DNA of 63,113 nucleotides, counting the filler, from Choristocarpus tenellus KU-1152 (taxonomy: Eukaryota > Protista > Phaeophyceae): NCBI GenBank assembly GCA_964200185.2. It is 10 parts of 10 records of this genome, joined end to end, with 100 filler letters (N's around TTAATTAATTAA, not from the genome) between each part and the next. Parts side by side here need not be neighbours in the genome. Positions count along the whole stretch, not along the records: positions 52,486 to 63,113 come from CAXNAD020002818.1; 9 more parts are not named here. One strand, 5' to 3'. The notes beneath the pieces were generated by a model. The model saw nothing but the letters and a program-made list of their open reading frames with translations. It was not told where the DNA came from and did no database searches. Positions within the stretch are counted from its first letter, which is position 1, and every line of letters starts with the position of its first letter. Shown in pieces: positions 56,701-63,113 of this stretch. The translations under genes were made by a program, and so were the position numbers.

Positions 56701-59700
56701 CTGTTGACGGCAGAGGCATTTTCGTGGTTGTGTTGAGAAAAGGTACACAGCGTTGAGAGGATAGATGAAAAATCTTGGACACCATCACAGGGCACTCACT
56801 ACTTGCTAGCTATGGAGCAGGGAAGGATATCTTACCAGTTGCAAGGAAAAAGTGGTGGTGGGGGGGGTTAACAAGAGGCAGTGCATGTGGTTGCAGAATC
56901 TGGACTAAGGTGAAAACCTACAAAACGATAAATGGGGATGGTGTGTCGTATGAGGCAAGTTCAACAGTACAATCTACCATTCCAGCAAATAAGAAAGCAA
57001 CATTCGAACCCAAATGCTTTTCTTATGGGCGCTGAATAGTACGCAGTGCTTTCTTCTATTATTTGTGTGATATTGGCTGGATGTAAGTAGGGAAGTGGAG
57101 CACATACTAGTAGTATATTGGGCAGCAACAAGCACATAATTAAGGACTGGAGGGATACCCTTCTCACTTGAAGTCGGTCCTTTGCTGGATGGTTCTGACA
57201 GCCCCTTCAAATGTGTCATAGAGTTCATCCCGCTCCTTTTCCACCGAAGAAACTTCCATCTCCAGATCCCTGTGACTCTGGCAGAGCTCCAAGAGTTGGT
57301 TGATTAGGGACAGGGGTGTGATTGCATACATGAGGGTGGAGACAGGACTTGGGTCAAGCTTGGAAAACGAGAGGGGAGAAAACATACTGTCCTGGTAATG
57401 CCAAGGGAGGGGTGACATTGCTGTTGAACTAAGAAGCAGATCGATCACATTGATTTACTGCAAAGTCAGTCTGTTGAGACCTTTAATGGTGGACTAAGGA
57501 ACTCTCCTGTTGGTGGGTGTCGGAAACACCCGAGAGATTTGTGTGAACACAAACGAAGTTTTACCATCAGCTTCACAGATAGTTCTTCTTCCTGTGCAGT
57601 ATTCTGCGATAGTCTGCCCTACCATATTTAACAGGACCAGACATGCATGACAATACTTGGGACACTGGTCCTTGTAGAGTAATATCAGCTATCTACTCGA
57701 AGTATGTTTTATGTTCACCTTGTCGGTCATCTTTAGTTCTATCATTACACTCTATAGGCCCTATTTGTATACTGTACACAATTTACAGTATTTTGTGGAG
57801 GAGTCCTTGATAGTATGTCTGTTACAGACTCAGCACAATCTTGTACCGAACTGGAGTGTTAGTCCGCCAGGCACAAACCTGATTTGAAAAGAGGTCGCAC
57901 ACCACTTAGGTATGTGTTCCCTGCCTCCTCAGCAGCTCAACAACACAGCACTAATCAATCATGCAATGAGCTGTATTGGCTATAAAATTACACCTTTTCG
58001 CATTTGAACTCCCAAGTGGACCCACCAAATATCTTCTCCATTTCTTTTGCCTCGAGTGTGTATTTTACTGGACTCGAGCTATTGAATACCAGAGTCTTGG
58101 ATACTTGGAGAGAGTGGTCCTTGCTTGGACTGCTATGTTTCTATGGGCAAAACACCCGATCCTTAAATCCAAGGACCAACATGTGACTTCAGGTACCCTG
58201 TCTTAACATTCCCCGAAATACCTTACCTGTTCATCAAGGACCCTCAGGCGAGGCTTAGCATTAGACAAGGATAGACGATCTCTCTCTCTTTGTCTTTCAG
58301 CTGATTGTGGAGCTCGGCTACATTTGACAGAGTGACAGAGTGTCACTTAATCGCTTGTTCTCCTGGAAGAGGAAAATTTTGATCAAGAAAATTTGGAATT
58401 TTGCATGGTGAAGGGGAAAGGGGAGTCAGCGATGTTTGTATACTTCGAATTTTTACCTAAATTTCATGCCTTTTCCTATTCAAGTTATTCGGTACCATTG
58501 ATCTAGCATCTACAAAATGTATACCTTACATATATTTGATCCCTCTCACTTATGCGAAGAAGGGTTAAGCTACCAGCGGTAGAAGGTACACTTAGTCTTT
58601 CCTCATGATTGCCAAACCCTAACCCTAACCCTATCGCATTTTTTTGTTTCAAGAGATTGCTCAAAGATATGTCGAAGTACCTTCATGTTAGATGCGACTT
58701 GCCTGTGATATGCTGAGCATGAGCTTCTGGTTGTGACTTTTCTCTTCATCTCAGCAACTTCATTTTTGAGGGATTGAATATGCTATTTGTCAGATAACAC
58801 CAAGGTATAATCCGAATTATGAAATGGGGAATTGGGAGCAGGAAGTGAGAAGGGAGGGGATCGGAAATGTTAGAAAGTTCAAGTGAGCAGAGGATCAGAA
58901 CTCCCTTCCCATCATGGTAATTGGAGTCCTAATCAGGTTATAGTGTCTTTAGGGCTGGGTAAGGATTTGGATCTACCTCAAAGCAAAGTTGAGACGCTGT
59001 TGAGAGGTATTGAATATGAGAGCTTTCAAGGTTTGAGGATGTTGACAAGGAGGGAGGGAAGAGGTAAATACCTTTGCCACCTGTTCGTTGCAACTAAGTC
59101 AATGAACGGTGTGTTATGGGTGGTTCTAAATCCTCGTGAGGGACTCACAATTGCCATGTATTTCAAATAGTTCCTGGCGGGAGGAAATTAAGTGCAAAGA
59201 CTAGAAGGGAAAAAAGGAAAATATGTGTCTTCAAATAGGTTATAACCCAGATACAGCAATGGTAGTGTACTAGTTTATAACTACAATCATCCGATGTTGT
59301 GAACCATGAAAACAAGCTGACCTTTACCCTATTTTAAAGCTATTCTGAAAATAGATATTTTTATCTGCTGTGCAATTTATCCCAGCAGAAGCACATGGCC
59401 ATTAATTTCAGTTATGATAAGGGTGCACAAGAATGACAAGGGGGTGCAGAGGATGTGGGCGTGGCTAGGTGCCTCTTCACACTCCTTCCCAGTAAAAGGA
59501 AATTGCCTCCACATATCCAGAGGATAACAGGGTGTATTAATTTCCTGCCTTCAAGTTGTCATTCGTGATGTCGTTGTAGTAAGCCTTCATCTGCCCAAAA
59601 GCTTTCTCATGGTTGCGCATGAGATCGTTAATATGTAAGTTCTTTCTCTCCTCGATCTCATGGATGTCCACCTAGGGCGTTCAATGGCATGATTTCTAGG

Positions 59701-62315
59701 AACGCTTCCGCATGTCCGGTGTTTGGAAAAGATTGTATAATCCTGCGGCTGCTCATTATGAACTATGTAGAAGATAGAAGAGGTGGAGGTGGGTAGTCTA
59801 TACCTAGCTCTGGTGATGGAAGGCATAGATGTCTCTTGTGCAGAAAGGAGTCTGGAAAAGGTGATCGACATCCTCATAATGCAGAAGAATACATCATCTA
59901 CACCTTAAGGAAACACATAGTGCAATGTGTGTGCAGCATCACATATCAATTAGTTAAGCTCCTTTTCTCTCTCTATACCATATACGTGTTGTGGCCTATA
60001 ACTATAAAATGGTGCTATTGAGCAATATCCAATAAGCGAGCTCAAGATTAGAATATGATAGACACAGTAGGCTTCAAGCCCATCATCCCTCCACCTTCCG
60101 ACGCAGCTCCAAATCCTCATCCAGCTCTTGAAGGCGAGCATCACAGCGATCCCTGAGTTCTTGAAGGCCAGTATCAAATCCCTCCCTCATCTTTGTGAGG
60201 TTCTTGTCATGAGCGTTCTTAACCTGCAAGTGATGTTAGCAGTTTTTCGGTCGCAGTCAAGAGACCTTTCGAGAGACATTACAGGTTTTAAGGTCAAGGG
60301 TAGGGTTGGGTTGGCCTTAGAGGTTTTGGGAGCTTAGATCTTAAGAGTTAGAAATTGAATTATTCTGATCACCCAGGTATTAGGTCTTGGCAGCTGAGGT
60401 TTCAGTGAATAGACGTGGCTCACGAAAATTGCCCTGGAGATGAGAAGGGGTGGCTTCAAAGTATGGTTTGAGTCGTGTTGCTAAAGTGCACGTGAAGTAT
60501 GTACTGGTAAATGCACCTTTCCTTTGAGGGAATGGTTAGACCCTAGACCTAGCTGCAGCATTGGATGCTAGTTATAGGTTGATATAGAGCTGTTGTGGAG
60601 GGAGGGAAAATATGGGACCAATCACCCTTTGGACAATAGGAGAAAGGTTTAGCCCTGTGCTAGTGAAGTTAGGGTACATTTATTGCAAAAGTGAATTCTT
60701 GATTGGCATTTCAATTGTGTTATTGGCACCAAATAGTTTGGGATAGACACAATATTTTCTTTTTCTTTCTTACTAACTATATTTGCATCAAATTCACGCT
60801 CACAAAGAAAGACACCACTATGTACATGAAAATTCGGTTACAAGGTGCAAAAAAAAGGAGAGGACAAATGTATATTCAGCATTGGAGGTCACCTACCTGC
60901 GATATCTCCTCTGCATTAAGCAGGTACTTCTCATCCAGCTCATTCTTAAGTGCTTTCTTTGTGCGAGACAACTCAATGCTTCGGTGACTGTAGGATAACC
61001 AGTTGCCGGGAAGGATTTCAAACAGATCGAGGGCGAAGATGAACAGAGGATACTCCAATACTACACCAAAACATTTGTGTGGTACACATGACTGAGAGGG
61101 TCGGATGGTAAGATGGGGAAACATATACATCACTTTGATTGCACTTAGAGGGTGTGCCAGTGAGTGCCACGCAGACAGCAGCGGGTGCATTTCAGTCCCA
61201 GTATTGTGTCCTATCAGTCTGCTTTATTGACATATTCTTGAGGAAGTGGTCAAGTCCTGTTGAACCAAAAACATGTACTTTGTACTCTGAACGATAATCT
61301 GAACTTGAAATATATCAGCACTACAGTTCATTGGGAAAATCTGCATACTCTGAATAGAATAGAATAACAGTAGCTGTCCTTCAATCAAAACTAGATGTTT
61401 GATATTCTGTTGTGTTTCTGCCATCGCTGTTATTCTTGACCTCAGATTCTCGCATAACTTGTAAAGAGAAAAAGGGTCAGTGGCGAGACTCTCAAATAAA
61501 ATGGAAATCTGTCTCTGGATGATAAATGTTTTGACCATGTACATAACCAATAACACTTCAAGCAATAGCACACACCTCAGTGCCAATCCCTTGCTTGCAA
61601 ACACCGACCCAATCTCTCATCACCTCACTACATACCCAACAAGGAGACTATCCATGTGCTCAAACAACCTAAGCACTCACAATCATCCCTAAACTTGCCC
61701 GTGAATCTCCGTCTCTTTGCCAAGCAGGTGCTCCCCTTCCATGTTGATAGCCTTGAGATTGTTGTGGTGCTCATATTCCAGATGCTTTACCTTTTGCACA
61801 TACACTCGCACCTCCACTCTGATCAAACAGCACAAAAAAAAGAGGCAGAGTTAGGGGGTTCGCCATGATTTTATTATGCTGTGGTGGGATGCTCTGGTCC
61901 ATGAATGTAGACTAGCAAAGCACTTTTCACCAAGCAGGAGTGAGGTGACTTCCACTGAGTTAAAATTGAATCTTTTTTCACCGGTTAAGACTCAGAGCGT
62001 CATCTGACATCGATCAGTTATCCAAAACATGAGGTTGATGCTGGAGAGAGCGGAGAAGCTGCAAGTGCCATTGGTGGTACATTGTGTGTAGAAATTGATC
62101 ATTCAAAATGTTAACATCGTCCTCTGCCATCGGTGCACCAAAGAAGCACAGCCTAGAACATCGCCTGTCAATATTCTCGGTTGTATTGCTTGTGATTGTG
62201 CAGCTTGCCTGTGATTGTCTTCCATGAGCTCCATCTCTCTGTCCTTGGTAGAAATTCTCATGTCAAGACTGCTGACTTCTTTTCGAGTGATGTCATAGAA
62301 TGTCTGGATGGTGTC
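53703..62315 (-). pseudogene. GAS8: Dynein regulatory complex subunit 4 (GAS8/DRC4/PF2), apparently disabled; 10 exons identified
   Basis: Exons 62209-62315, 61699-61818 (VEVRVYVQKVKHLEYEH), 60897-60987, 60095-60223, 59549-59671 ([33 protein letters not shown]), 58703-58782, 58227-58362 (ENKRLS), 57168-57295 (EKERDELY), 56610-56700 and 53703-53945 (GPAGLV*). Lesions: frameshifts in two exons, an AG->AA acceptor at 57296-57297 and an in-frame TAG at 53859-53861. Confidence 0.9.
56170..56415 (-). mobile_element. 258-bp MITE family, copy 6, in the GAS8 last intron
   Basis: GAGTGAA ... GATACTTTGACTC; perfect TSD ATCT at 56166-56169 and 56416-56419. Confidence 0.92.
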
Positions 62316-63113
62316 CTGGGAAATGCGTTGCAGAACATGGCACCACATTTTTCACATTTTATATATTTCTAAATGTTGCACTTGTACTCCATTTCAACTC
62401 GTTTTGAGTGTCAGAGAGGGGCAGATGAGTGATAACAAGATAAGAATCCGTAATGGTGGTATAGAGTATCATACCGTGTTTGAATCTCAACACTTCAAAG
62501 TACTACCATTTCACTATTGCTCATTTTCTTCTACAGCAGTGCTGCTGGACCTTCCTATTCACAAACATGATCATATTGTCATATTTTGCAATCCTGTGAC
62601 ACAGGGAGCTCAGAATGATCATATACAGTGAAGCACAATTGAGTCATCCAGCTTATGTAAAGTGTCCTTGCTATGTCGAAGAATGGTAAAATAGAGTAGT
62701 CTGCTGGTCACATTATTTTTACTTCATTCATAACTCCACAATGACATTGTTTGCAAAATGACCTTGAGAATCCAGGATCATGGTTGAGGAGTGGCATAAA
62801 AAGGCAACAAATCATTACAAGTGATACACATGTGCGGATGATGGAACCAAGTTCTTTGTGGACAAAGGTCAAGCTACAGAAGCCATGATTGCTGATGTAC
62901 ATCATGATAAAGAAGCAAAGTGCCTCAAGCAGATCAGGTTGTGTGCCCATTACTATTACCTGCTAAGTGTTGGTGCCTCTCTCTTGACCTTTTCCTGACT
63001 ACAATATACTTGTGTCTCTTTTTTGTCCTATATTGATGGGTGGTATTTGAATGGAAAGATCTGAGTTTTCTTTGTCTTACAGGGGGCTCAAAGGGGTCAA
63101 AGTATCTGGGGGG

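Noticed and set aside
62960-62998. Possible upstream GAS8 mini-exon (QEKVKREAPTL)
   Set aside because: Plausible, but I could not find the connecting exon, so it is left out of the model.

Overview
Eukaryotic nuclear DNA. The window is ten short-read contigs (1-2503, 2604-8221, 8322-15338, 15439-18284, 18385-24670, 24771-27921, 28022-34078, 34179-45032, 45133-52385, 52486-63113) joined by artificial 100-bp N/TTAATTAATTAA spacers, so neighbouring contigs need not be linked. The content points to a photosynthetic stramenopile, probably brown-alga-like (inference). The clues are an LHC/FCP protein with a bipartite ASAF-type presequence, a nuclear intron-containing mitochondrial ATP synthase alpha gene, TTAGGG repeats and long introns. 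Partial spliced genes recovered by hand: myosin, a PGAP1-like alpha/beta hydrolase, a MYST acetyltransferase, HIBCH, LHC, ATP1, a kinesin-4-like coiled-coil protein and the flagellar nexin-dynein subunit DRC4/GAS8. Four observations stand out. (1) DRC4/GAS8 keeps its exon-intron structure but carries several independent disabling lesions, suggesting a decaying flagellar-motility gene. (2) A 258-bp MITE family has GAG...CTC termini, 4-bp TSDs and a central 26-bp palindrome (Sola-like), with a sister family ending in GGG. (3) The MITE copies show CpG->TpG/CpA decay, which suggests cytosine methylation. (4) A dead Ty1/copia element carries nested solo LTRs and MITEs. I found no CRISPR array, RNA gene, intact transposase or convincing new multi-gene system.
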